Notes: generated by a model from the letters alone, not told the origin. Positions 37,929 through 46,789 are shown, counted from the stretch's first letter. The stretch is 64,000 bases of DNA from Synergistales bacterium (GCA_963666205.1 OY762654.1:2304001-2368000); one strand, 5' to 3'. Translations and numbers: made by a program.

Positions 37929-38399
37929 TTACTCGAACTTGTCAAGTATTCCCTGAACTTTGTCAGGGGTAAGCCTTCCGAAGGTCTGGTCATCTACCAC
38001 CATTACAGGAGCGAGGCCGCAGGCTCCCAGACAGGCCACTGGCTCGATGGTGAAACGAAGATCATCGGTAGTTTCGTTTTCCTGGATACCTGTTATGCCT
38101 TTGACCCTTTCCAGGATTTTAAGGCTCCCCCTTACGTGGCAGGCAGTTCCTCTGCAGACCCTGATCACGTGTCTTCCACGTGGAGACAGGTGGAACTGTG
38201 CGTAAAAGGTGGCAACGCCGTAGATCTCGGCAGTCGGGATCTTGAGTTCCCTGGAAACGGTACGCATTGCCTCTTCCGGCAGATAACCGAAATAACCCTG
38301 GATCTCCTGAAGAATGGGGATAAGCCCGCCCTTCTTCTCCTTCCAGGGCGATACGATCTCTTCCGTCTTCTGCACAAATTCTTCTTTCGTGTACGCCAT
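37929..38399 (-). CDS. hndA: NuoE-like [2Fe-2S] subunit, second copy
   Basis: Protein identical to 29533-30003. Confidence 0.93.
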   Translation of the reverse strand: MAYTKEEFVQKTEEIVSPWKEKKGGLIPILQEIQGYFGYLPEEAMRTVSRELKIPTAEIYGVATFYAQFHLSPRGRHVIRVCRGTACHVRGSLKILERVKGITGIQENETTDDLRFTIEPVACLGACGLAPVMVVDDQTFGRLTPDKVQGILDKFE

Positions 38400-38608
38400 G
38401 TTTTCCTCCCCCTTGAAACAATTTAGGTGTAATAAAGATATTTCTATAACTTGAAGCCTGGAGATCCTGTTTTATCCCAGTTTTCCAGGCAATTAAATAT
38501 CGGGATCTATGGGTACTCTCAAGTCTGTTCTTCGTGGAGGGTCAAGCCTTGGTTCCCAATGTTCCGGAAAGCATACTTTTCTGAATAAACAGACATAAAA
38601 ATTATTAA

Positions 38609-38685
38609 ATTCACAAGCATACCCGAGCGATAGTATCACGACGTAATTGTATATACAACTATGTATATATTATACATAATTCAAC
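38609..38685 (-). promoter_or_regulatory. Promoter of the formate dehydrogenase operon with palindromic operators
   Basis: Minus strand TTGTAT-17 bp-TACTAT with extended TG; palindromes ttgtatatacaa (38647-38658) and atgtata-tat-tatacat (38661-38677). Confidence 0.7.
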
Positions 38686-38889
38686 GATTATATTTTGTTC
38701 ATGGAATACAAAGGGAGGGTCAAAGAATTCCTGAAATATTTCAGATATCTATGGAATCTAATGGGAAATAACTCTGTATATTTCCCTAGTATTCCTTATT
38801 ATTCTGGTCTTGGTATAATTAACCTGACAAATAAGTAAACAAGATTGGGGTTGAAGTATCCTTTTCTAAAAAAATTAAGGAGGTATAGG

Positions 38890-40701
38890 ATGAAAAACAG
38901 GGCGTTGTTAATATCAATTATGATCATAGGTTTCCTGTCATTGTTTCCCTGTTTGTCTGTTGCCGGAATGGGAGATATACAAAGTTTCACTTATACAGGT
39001 CTGAATCAGGACCTTTTAGGGAAGAACGGCAGTTATAACCCCGACGGATCACCTGATGGCATGTTTCATGTTTCTATTTCAGGAGTAGGTGCCATAGCCG
39101 GATTTTCCATCAGATCCCAGGAGAGTGGAAGAGCCTGGAACTCTGCACCGGATCCGGGAGAATGGTCTCTTCTGGTGATTGATACAAGTGGAAAAAAACT
39201 GAACGATGGTGGAGGTTTTTCCATAATTCCATTTCTTCTCAGCTCAGAATTTGATCTTTATATAGCTGACGACGGCCATTTAACTTCAACAACAGATACG
39301 TATATTCTGGAAGTCAAGTACATAGATGGTTCGTCTTCGTCTTCCAAGGTCGTTATTCAATCTTCTTCCGGAGGTGTTTCCGGGACCCATGAGCCCTCGG
39401 GGTTTAAAAGATCTATCGAAGCCCGGTTAACAGGTTTTAGCGAAACAGATCTTGCCGGACCCAATGAAATACTAGCTCCTGATGGTGCCAGGGATGTAAG
39501 GGTAAAAATGAAAATCTGGCAGAGTGGAGTGATCACTTCTATAACGGTTAAAAGTAGAACCGGGAGATTCTCCATCTGGGATACAGAACCTTTAAATGGG
39601 AAATGGTCCATAGTAGTGGTTAAGGATGGAGAAATACGTAATTCAACAGATGGTTCAATTTTACTCCAAGTTTCAGAAGGCACTGAATTAGACATGTTCT
39701 TTGCTGACAATGGTTCTGTAAAAGCCGGGGATACAACCTATGAAGTCATTGTAGTCTATAAAGATGGAAGAAGGGACTCAGTTCCGTTGAGATCAGAAGG
39801 AGAGATCCTGGAAGAAAAGAAACCTTTTACAGCTATATTGTACGGGAAGTCCGGAGTAGAATCGAAACCTGGAATCCCCGACATACTGACCTTCGAGAAT
39901 GACTATACCTCTGCTTCCGAGATAATATCCGGAAATGGTGAACCAGACTGGGGGATCCAGTTCAGGGTGAATATGGCCACTTCCATAATATCTTTTAAAA
40001 TTGAAAATATTGATGGTGAGTACGGAATCTGGGATACCCTCCCACAAAATGGAAAATGGCTTATTGTTATAACTGATGAATATGGGAAGATCCTTAACGA
40101 AAGTAACGGGAGTGTTGATCTGAAGATCTCCTCTCCACTCACACTCTGGTTATGGTTTACGGATACCGGAGCCATGGGTAGAGGTAAGACGCGTTATCAG
40201 GTCGGAATTATGACAGGAAAGGGAGAGACCTATTCTGTTCCGCTGGAAAAATATTCACCCCTGGTATCGGTCAGGAAACCGGAAATGATCAAGGTGGAGC
40301 CTCAGCCTGTATTCAAAGCAAGATATCTGGGAGTTGGAGATAAGGATTTTGTAGGCAGATATGACAGATTAAAAAGTGATGGTTCCAGAGATACTAAGAT
40401 GAGAATCTTTTTAGATAAACTGGATAGCCGGATAGATGAGATAGTACTGAAAGATACAAAGGGTAAAAATCTTGTCTGGGATACGATTGCGGGTAATAAA
40501 AGGTGGTCAATTATGGTAACTACATCAGGTGGTACACCCCTTAATTCAACTGATGGAAGTGTCTCAATCCCTGTAAAAGGTCCAAAGACACTGAACCTTT
40601 GGGTTGAAGATAACGGTAACCTGAAGAAGGGGGATATACCCTTTGAAATCCAGTTAAAACTTAAGGATGGAAGGATTCTGAAAACACCTGTCCTCAGATG
40701 A
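38890..40701 (+). CDS. Secreted protein with four ~140-aa internal repeats, function unknown
   Basis: Signal peptide; repeated D...(P)DG..D, WDT...N.KW, G..LN...GS and L...D.G motifs. Confidence 0.85.
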   Translation: MKNRALLISIMIIGFLSLFPCLSVAGMGDIQSFTYTGLNQDLLGKNGSYNPDGSPDGMFHVSISGVGAIAGFSIRSQESGRAWNSAPDPGEWSLLVIDTSGKKLNDGGGFSIIPFLLSSEFDLYIADDGHLTSTTDTYILEVKYIDGSSSSSKVVIQSSSGGVSGTHEPSGFKRSIEARLTGFSETDLAGPNEILAPDGARDVRVKMKIWQSGVITSITVKSRTGRFSIWDTEPLNGKWSIVVVKDGEIRNSTDGSILLQVSEGTELDMFFADNGSVKAGDTTYEVIVVYKDGRRDSVPLRSEGEILEEKKPFTAILYGKSGVESKPGIPDILTFENDYTSASEIISGNGEPDWGIQFRVNMATSIISFKIENIDGEYGIWDTLPQNGKWLIVITDEYGKILNESNGSVDLKISSPLTLWLWFTDTGAMGRGKTRYQVGIMTGKGETYSVPLEKYSPLVSVRKPEMIKVEPQPVFKARYLGVGDKDFVGRYDRLKSDGSRDTKMRIFLDKLDSRIDEIVLKDTKGKNLVWDTIAGNKRWSIMVTTSGGTPLNSTDGSVSIPVKGPKTLNLWVEDNGNLKKGDIPFEIQLKLKDGRILKTPVLR

Positions 40702-40826
40702 TACTTTGGAGTTGCCATATCCTCACCAGGTGATCTTTGGGGGGAGATCCGAATCCATAGAGGATCTCCCCTTTTCAGATATTGCCCCTTATTTTGATAA
40801 TCAAATGATTGAAGGGAAAATCTTTT

Positions 40827-41750
40827 ATGAGAATAAGACTTGTTCTCTTGTTTGTTATAACATCTTTTTTCTTGATTTCCAGTCCTATCTCGACCTGTAC
40901 TGCCGCGTCAGTCGAATTTTCAGCTCCTGAAAAAACAGGTCTCGGAGAGCCTTTTCTTGTTAAGTTTGAAAGTGATACTGAACTGACAGGACTTGAAATT
41001 TCATGGCAGGAAGAAACCTTTTACCCTGAAGTAATAAGGAAGGGAGATGATTATCAGGCTTTTCTGATTCTTGGAAGCGATACGAAAGATGTTATTCCAG
41101 GTATTCATCTGCTTAAGGTAAGGGGACAAAGTGTGGATGAAGAGATCTGTTTCAGCTGGCAGATCCGGATCCTTGAAAAAATTTATCCTGTTGAGTACCT
41201 CAATGTTGAGGTTTCCATGGTGACCCCTCCCGGGGAGGTTCTTTCCAGGATCAAGCATGAAAAGATTGAGATAGAAAAGGCCCTTGAAACCAATACTTCG
41301 AGCAGATATTGGAGACTTCCGTTTTCAAGACCTCTGGAAGGGGATTTTACAAGTACATATGGAAAAAGGCGTTTTTTTAATGGCCTTTCAAGAAGCCGAC
41401 ATGGAGGGGTTGATATCAGGGCAGCCAGTGGGACTTCTGTAAAAGCTGTTTCTGATGGTACGGTTATATTGACGGGTGATCATTATTTTGCAGGGAAAAG
41501 CATTTATATTGATCATGGTAATGGGTTAGTTTCCATGTATTTCCATCTTTCCAGAATAGATGTTGTCCCTGGTCAGAAAGTTCTAAAGGGAGACAGACTG
41601 GCCCTTTCGGGATGTACAGGAAGAGTTACAGGTCCTCATCTTCACTTCGGGGTCAGTGTGAAAGGTGAAATGATAGATCCTGTTCCTCTTTTCAATATGG
41701 ATGTGGAAGGATTTATCTCTTCGAACCGTACTATGATATTCACACCATAA
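40827..41750 (+). CDS. M23 family metallopeptidase
   Basis: HGGVD, IDHG.G, YFHL, TGPHLH; signal peptide. Confidence 0.93.
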   Translation: MRIRLVLLFVITSFFLISSPISTCTAASVEFSAPEKTGLGEPFLVKFESDTELTGLEISWQEETFYPEVIRKGDDYQAFLILGSDTKDVIPGIHLLKVRGQSVDEEICFSWQIRILEKIYPVEYLNVEVSMVTPPGEVLSRIKHEKIEIEKALETNTSSRYWRLPFSRPLEGDFTSTYGKRRFFNGLSRSRHGGVDIRAASGTSVKAVSDGTVILTGDHYFAGKSIYIDHGNGLVSMYFHLSRIDVVPGQKVLKGDRLALSGCTGRVTGPHLHFGVSVKGEMIDPVPLFNMDVEGFISSNRTMIFTP

Positions 41751-41778
41751 ATCAATTCAGAAATGAGATGAAAACAGG

Positions 41779-42648
41779 TTGTATATGATCATAATTCTGG
41801 TTATTATCATCCTTTTTCTCCTTTCTATGGCATGCCTTTTTCAGGAATACATAATGTTCAACCCCGGATGGCGTTTCTATCCTCTTCCGGAGAATCCGGG
41901 GTTTACCATTGAAGACGTGTATTTTCCCACTGAAGATGGACATAAAATTCACGGATGGCATATTTATCCTTCAAAGATAGATTCTTCATTTACCATCCTT
42001 ATATGTCATGGAACCAGGGGTAATCTTACAGAGCCTTTCAGGGTGTCCCTGATACAGGCTCTTTCTGAATTGGGGATGGAAATGTTTATTTTTGATTATT
42101 CCGGGATCGGCAGAAGCGATGGCAGAGTATCAGAAAATAATGCATACAGAGATGCTATGGCAGCCTTCAGATATGTATCTTCCTATAAGGGGCTTTCGAA
42201 TGAGCAGATAATAGTATTCGGCAGATCCCTTGGAGGACCTGTAGCCTGTAAGCTTGCTGCTGAGATAGACCCGTTTCTTCTTATCCTTGAATCCACTTTT
42301 TACAGTATGGCAGAAGAGGTTCATTATCTTCTTCCTTTCGTGCCTGAATTCCTTATTAGAGGTATTGTGGGCGACAGGTTTCCAACTTACAGATATTACA
42401 GGGATGTAAGATGTCCATCTCTATGTCTGCATGGAAACAGGGACAGGCTGGTTCCATGCAGCTCCGGGCAACGCTTGTACGGAGAATCTTCCAATCCTCT
42501 ACGGGTTTTTATAACCATGGAGGGCGGGGGACATAAATTTTTTTTAAATCATAGGAACCTTTATGTGACCAATCTCCTGAGGGGACTTTCCCTTGTTTCC
42601 CCTGATTATGAAAAAGACAGGTCTGATAGTTCATCTCAAAGGGTATAA
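41779..42648 (+). CDS. Alpha/beta hydrolase
   Basis: CHG, FDY.G.G.S.G, GRSLGG nucleophile elbow, HG..D. Confidence 0.88.
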   Translation: MYMIIILVIIILFLLSMACLFQEYIMFNPGWRFYPLPENPGFTIEDVYFPTEDGHKIHGWHIYPSKIDSSFTILICHGTRGNLTEPFRVSLIQALSELGMEMFIFDYSGIGRSDGRVSENNAYRDAMAAFRYVSSYKGLSNEQIIVFGRSLGGPVACKLAAEIDPFLLILESTFYSMAEEVHYLLPFVPEFLIRGIVGDRFPTYRYYRDVRCPSLCLHGNRDRLVPCSSGQRLYGESSNPLRVFITMEGGGHKFFLNHRNLYVTNLLRGLSLVSPDYEKDRSDSSSQRV

Positions 42649-42677
42649 TATCCTAAGAATTTTTAAGTCTAACGGGA

Positions 42678-43076
42678 GTGGAGATCATGGTCATTATCTT
42701 CAGACTAATCAGGTTTATTCTTCCATTACTTCTGATGTACCTGGTTTTCCAGGTGCTGAGGAATTTCCTTTATTACTTTGGAGCCTCAGGTTACCAGGGC
42801 CGGGGATCTTCCTATTCAGGAGGGAGTGGTGATTCAAGGTCTCATAACAGGGGTGCTTCCCGCAAAACAAGGGATCCCTACCTGATCCTCGGATGCAGTC
42901 CCCATGCTACAGATGAAGAGGTTAAAAGCTGTTATCGCAGAATGGTTGGCCGTTATCACCCTGACAGATTCATAGGCCAGGAACTGGATCAGGAGTTTAT
43001 AGACCTTGCCACAGAACGTTTCAAAGAGATTCAGGACGCTTATGATCATATAAGAAAGATAAGGGGAATGGTATGA
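42678..43076 (+). CDS. J-domain protein with N-terminal membrane anchor (DjlA-like)
   Basis: DPY.ILG, YHPD, FKEIQDAY. Confidence 0.88.
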   Translation: MEIMVIIFRLIRFILPLLLMYLVFQVLRNFLYYFGASGYQGRGSSYSGGSGDSRSHNRGASRKTRDPYLILGCSPHATDEEVKSCYRRMVGRYHPDRFIGQELDQEFIDLATERFKEIQDAYDHIRKIRGMV

Positions 43077-43088
43077 AGGAGATACGGA

Positions 43089-43583
43089 ATGAAGGGGCTC
43101 GATGAGAACAGGTATGCTTTTAATCTGGTAATAGTCTTTTGTTATCTCCTCAGGGACAGTGATATTCTTCTGATCCGGAGACGGAAAGAGCCTTACAGGG
43201 GACATCTGACCGTACCTGGAGGAAAAAAGGAGCGGGGAGAATCACTCGTTGAAACATGTAGAAGGGAAGTGCTTGAAGAGACTGGTTTGATAGTGGATGA
43301 TATCTCTCTTTCAGGAATAGTGTCCAATTACGGGAATTCTATCAATACGGAAGTAATGTCGTTTTATTTTTTATCCCGATCTTTTCGTGGTGTCCCGTGC
43401 TCCGGACCTGAAGGTGATGTAGACTGGTACAATATTGACCAGAGTTTTTTTACTGAAAGGATAAGCCCTTTCTATAAGCTCATTTCGCCCCTGGTCCTGG
43501 AAGAAAGGAACAGGCTTTTCCATGGCAGGATCAATATAGATGATTACGGAAATATCCAGAGCTCGGATCTTTCATTTTTATGA
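43089..43583 (+). CDS. NUDIX hydrolase
   Basis: Nudix box GGKKERGESLVETCRREVLEETG. Confidence 0.92.
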   Translation: MKGLDENRYAFNLVIVFCYLLRDSDILLIRRRKEPYRGHLTVPGGKKERGESLVETCRREVLEETGLIVDDISLSGIVSNYGNSINTEVMSFYFLSRSFRGVPCSGPEGDVDWYNIDQSFFTERISPFYKLISPLVLEERNRLFHGRINIDDYGNIQSSDLSFL

Positions 43584-43668
43584 TTTTGTAGATATCTTTC
43601 GAATTTCAGGGCTAAGCCTGGTTGATCAATACCCATTGGTAGATAGCAGGCGGTAGTATCCATAAAGA

Positions 43669-43705
43669 AAAAAGGGACCGCGTAAATTGGGGAACGGTCC
43701 CTTTT
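43669..43705. terminator. Terminator between convergent genes
   Basis: aaaagggaccg...cggtccctttt. Confidence 0.7.
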
Positions 43706-43735
43706 CTGTTCTTATGTCATTTCCATGATCCATTA

Positions 43736-44911
43736 TCAGGAGGATAATTTTTTAAATTTATTTCTATCAGGAATTTGCCTTTTCCCTTTTTCAAAGGAAA
43801 TGGCACCAACGGGGCATGAATTCATACATGTGGCACAGGAGAAACAGTCGGGAATTGTCTTCCCCTCCTGTCTCAGAATGGCATGCATAACGGTGGAAGG
43901 ACAGGCTTCTTCGCATGCTCCACAGGCAATACATTTATCATAGTTGACCTTTATCTTGTAAATGCTAGTCTTTTCGAGAAACCAGCCCACAAGCCCGAAG
44001 GGGCAGAAAAAATGGCACCAGGGACGATATATGAACAATGAAAGGAAAAACAGTGAAACTATAAAAAGAAATCCAGTTATCCCAAGGGCAGCTGGTTTGA
44101 ATATTTTGAAAGGGTCTATCGGTTCCAGGATATCTATTCTCCAAAGTAACGTTCCAAGGATCAGAAAAATGAATGTCCCAACCCTGATGGTGTTCGTAAG
44201 TATAAAGGGCAGTTTGTACTGCTTCAATATGCCCTTGTTATCGCTCTCATCCCTGTTAAGTCTGAAAAGAGCATCCTGAAGTGTCCCTGCCTGACATCCC
44301 CAGGAGCATATGAATTTATTTGCAAGGACAACTGTTCCCAGCAGGAGTGACATTGCAATGAGTCTCGGAGGGAAAATAGCGCCAGTTGTTCCTAAAAGAA
44401 CGACAGCATCTTTGACAGTTCCCATTGGTCCGGGATCAGAACCTAAAAGTACTCCGAAAAGAGAAAAGGAAAATAAGTAATACCATTTTCTATTCACAGG
44501 GGTTATCTTCTTTTTCCTGATCATAATGAACATGTAGGACATAAAGATAAACCAGAGACCGAATTTAAGAGGGATCTTTAACCAGTTTTTGGACTCGTAT
44601 TCTTCCTTGAGGGCAGTCGACCTGGTCAGTTTAATTTTTACCTGCTCTTCCGTCATCCCAAGTTCATCAAACTTCTTTTCAAGATCTGATGGTGAAGTAA
44701 GTTTGAAAATTTCTTTGAGAGTCGGGTTTGGTATGTTATTTGCCTTTCCAAACTCTGCAAGGGACATGCCTGGCAGTATCTGTAGTTCCTCTGCTGTTGA
44801 AGAGATCTCCTTCTCTTCCAGCCAGAGTGAGCTGCTCAGGTTTGAAAGGAACATTACCAACCCTATCATTATGAGGGCACAGCCCAGAATCTTGATTGAT
44901 CTTGTTTTCAT
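43736..44911 (-). CDS. Membrane 4Fe-4S binding protein (NapH/MauN/RdxA-like)
   Basis: CSWGC..G, RPWCHFFCPFG, two CxxCxxCxxxCP motifs, several TM helices. Confidence 0.88.
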   Translation of the reverse strand: MKTRSIKILGCALIMIGLVMFLSNLSSSLWLEEKEISSTAEELQILPGMSLAEFGKANNIPNPTLKEIFKLTSPSDLEKKFDELGMTEEQVKIKLTRSTALKEEYESKNWLKIPLKFGLWFIFMSYMFIMIRKKKITPVNRKWYYLFSFSLFGVLLGSDPGPMGTVKDAVVLLGTTGAIFPPRLIAMSLLLGTVVLANKFICSWGCQAGTLQDALFRLNRDESDNKGILKQYKLPFILTNTIRVGTFIFLILGTLLWRIDILEPIDPFKIFKPAALGITGFLFIVSLFFLSLFIYRPWCHFFCPFGLVGWFLEKTSIYKIKVNYDKCIACGACEEACPSTVMHAILRQEGKTIPDCFSCATCMNSCPVGAISFEKGKRQIPDRNKFKKLSS

Positions 44912-44971
44912 TCCAGATATTCCTCCTTATGGGACAGGTTGCAGTACTCCGATGGCGATAGGGTTAGATGT

Positions 44972-46333
44972 CTATTCTCCCTTTAGCAGATCTTTGATTG
45001 CATTTCGGATTTCCTGAACTTCCTTTCCCAGTTCCTGGGCAATGGTTTTGATGGGTAGTGCCTGGTCAGATCCGGAAGGCCACCCAGCCTTCTCAAATAT
45101 TTTTTCCCCGTCAAGTCCGTAGGTTGCGGCAATTTCGCTCATAGTCATTGATCCCTTTATTTCATCTGGTGGAAGTATCTGTGAAGGTTGCGATGTTTCA
45201 GAGGGTGGCCGGGTTCCCAATCCCTCCTTTAAATTTTCTTTAAGTAATTCGTCATTGACCCCTTCTATATTTTTTACAGGTACGTCCAGGGGGATGTCTT
45301 GTGGAAGTTTTCCCAGTTTGATGACTTCGTCAACTGAAATTGCAAGGGTTTCAGCTATCTTTTCTATGCTCATCCATCCGAAAATCGCTTCTGTAGGGTC
45401 TTTTTCTACTATGGTAGCAGTGGGGGAAGCCCATGTCTGCCATAGGTTTGCTACCCTGGCGTAACCATATGCCCCGAAGAAAATAAACAGGCCAATTATT
45501 CCAACAGTAAGGGTTTTAATGGTTTTGCCTTTCAGGGCAAAGTAAAGGGCTTTTTCCTTTGGACAAGCTTCAACACACTGCCCACATGCCAGACATTCAG
45601 CGCTTGTAACTGTATCTGAAGATTCCGGATCAAGTCTGACAGGACAGTTTGAGCTGCATAAATGGCAGTGAATGCAATGTTCTTCGTTTCTGTTAATCTT
45701 GATTAAAGATATTTTCTGAAGAGGAGCAAGCAAGGCTCCCAGTGGGCACAAATAGCGGCACCAGAATCGTTCGATCTTGAAGCTGGCAAATATGACTGTC
45801 CCGAAAAGAATTATAAAAGCCCATGGTTTTTCGACCATTTCCGATAATCCTGCGGATAGATGCATATAAGCTACCCACGGGTCATAGTCTCTCCATACGA
45901 GGGTCCCCATTTGCCAGGTGAAGTAAATGATAACAAGGAAAATAACATACTTGAGATAACGTAGTTTTGAGTCAACTGCGGGGGGTAGTTCTGATTTTTT
46001 TATTCCCAGTTTTTTCCCGATCTTTGCGCTTAACTCACCAAGAGTTCCCAGTGGGCATATCCAGCCGCAAAAAGTCCTCCCCGTAACGATAGTCATAAGG
46101 ATTACTGCTACAAGGAGAATGAGGGCGCTTGGTGCAACCCTTCTTAGCCAGCCTCCAGAGGTCAGGAAAATATACAGACTTTCCATGCCCCCGAAGGGAC
46201 ATAGGGCATCAACTGCAGGGGCTCCATCAGGACCGCCTCCGAGCATCTGGTGTCTGATACCCACCCAGGTCAGGAAAAGGAGAAAGCCTATCTGTACTGA
46301 CATTCTGATTTTAGAAGACTTCATTTCCAGCAT
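44972..46333 (-). CDS. Membrane 4Fe-4S binding protein (NapH/MauN-like) with a C-terminal repeated soluble module
   Basis: LCPFGG, GRTFCGWICPLG, RFWCRYLCPLG, two CxxCxxCxxxCP motifs. Confidence 0.9.
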   Translation of the reverse strand: MLEMKSSKIRMSVQIGFLLFLTWVGIRHQMLGGGPDGAPAVDALCPFGGMESLYIFLTSGGWLRRVAPSALILLVAVILMTIVTGRTFCGWICPLGTLGELSAKIGKKLGIKKSELPPAVDSKLRYLKYVIFLVIIYFTWQMGTLVWRDYDPWVAYMHLSAGLSEMVEKPWAFIILFGTVIFASFKIERFWCRYLCPLGALLAPLQKISLIKINRNEEHCIHCHLCSSNCPVRLDPESSDTVTSAECLACGQCVEACPKEKALYFALKGKTIKTLTVGIIGLFIFFGAYGYARVANLWQTWASPTATIVEKDPTEAIFGWMSIEKIAETLAISVDEVIKLGKLPQDIPLDVPVKNIEGVNDELLKENLKEGLGTRPPSETSQPSQILPPDEIKGSMTMSEIAATYGLDGEKIFEKAGWPSGSDQALPIKTIAQELGKEVQEIRNAIKDLLKGE

Positions 46334-46473
46334 CTTCCTTTCTGGTGAATTTTAATATATTGCAACAAAGAAGAATTAAAGGATTATACAATTTATTATA
46401 ACTGCAAAATCTCCCGATATACACATGGGGAGTTAAAGAACCGCTTCTTCGGAATAAAGTGCAGGTGTGTTTT

Positions 46474-46504
46474 AAAAAAGCCGTCCCCAAGGGAACGGCT
46501 TTAA
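46474..46504 (-). terminator. Terminator after the BFD-like gene
   Basis: aaagccgt-ccccaaggga-acggcttt with an A6 run (U tail on the minus strand). Confidence 0.75.
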
Positions 46505-46524
46505 GATTGATTAAATCCATGAAA

Positions 46525-46539
46525 GCAGTTAACAACTGC
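46525..46539 (-). promoter_or_regulatory. Candidate SECIS of the BFD-like selenoprotein
   Basis: gcagtt-gtt-aactgc perfect hairpin; loop G 19 nt after the UGA; same GTT loop as the fdhF SECIS. Confidence 0.7.
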
Positions 46540-46789
46540 CGCTGCAACCAGCTCAGCCTCCGCCGCAACCACCTTTAAGAGCTGCATATATGGGAACATA
46601 TATATCCAGTATTTCCTGAATATTTTTGTGGCAGTCTTCGTGGGAGGGATCTGAACATGTTCCTGTTACAGAAAGAACCTCTTCGATGGAATCAGCATCT
46701 CTAAGGGCTATTGCTTTAACCACATCCCTGAGTGACAGGTTGCATTCCTCACATACCTTGGTATCCCCTGAAGCTTTAGACCAATCCAT
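46529..46789 (-). CDS. BFD-like (2Fe-2S)-binding protein, predicted selenoprotein ending GGCGGG-U-AGCSGSC
   Basis: VCEEC...GTC...C core; TGA at 46553-46555 sits inside a Cys/Gly-rich motif that continues to TAA at 46529-46531. Confidence 0.75.

Larger units (their letters stand above)
36206..38409. repeat. ~2.2-kb direct repeat, copy 2
   Basis: Matches 27810-30013. Confidence 0.95.

Noticed and set aside
27810-38409. The 2.2-kb direct repeats as IS elements of a composite transposon
   Set aside because: They encode redox subunits; no transposase, terminal inverted repeats or target duplication
38410-38600. Moco/tungsten-cofactor riboswitch call
   Set aside because: Only fragmentary resemblance, without the conserved CUCCGAG and GAAAGGAG elements; kept only as a low-interest structured leader
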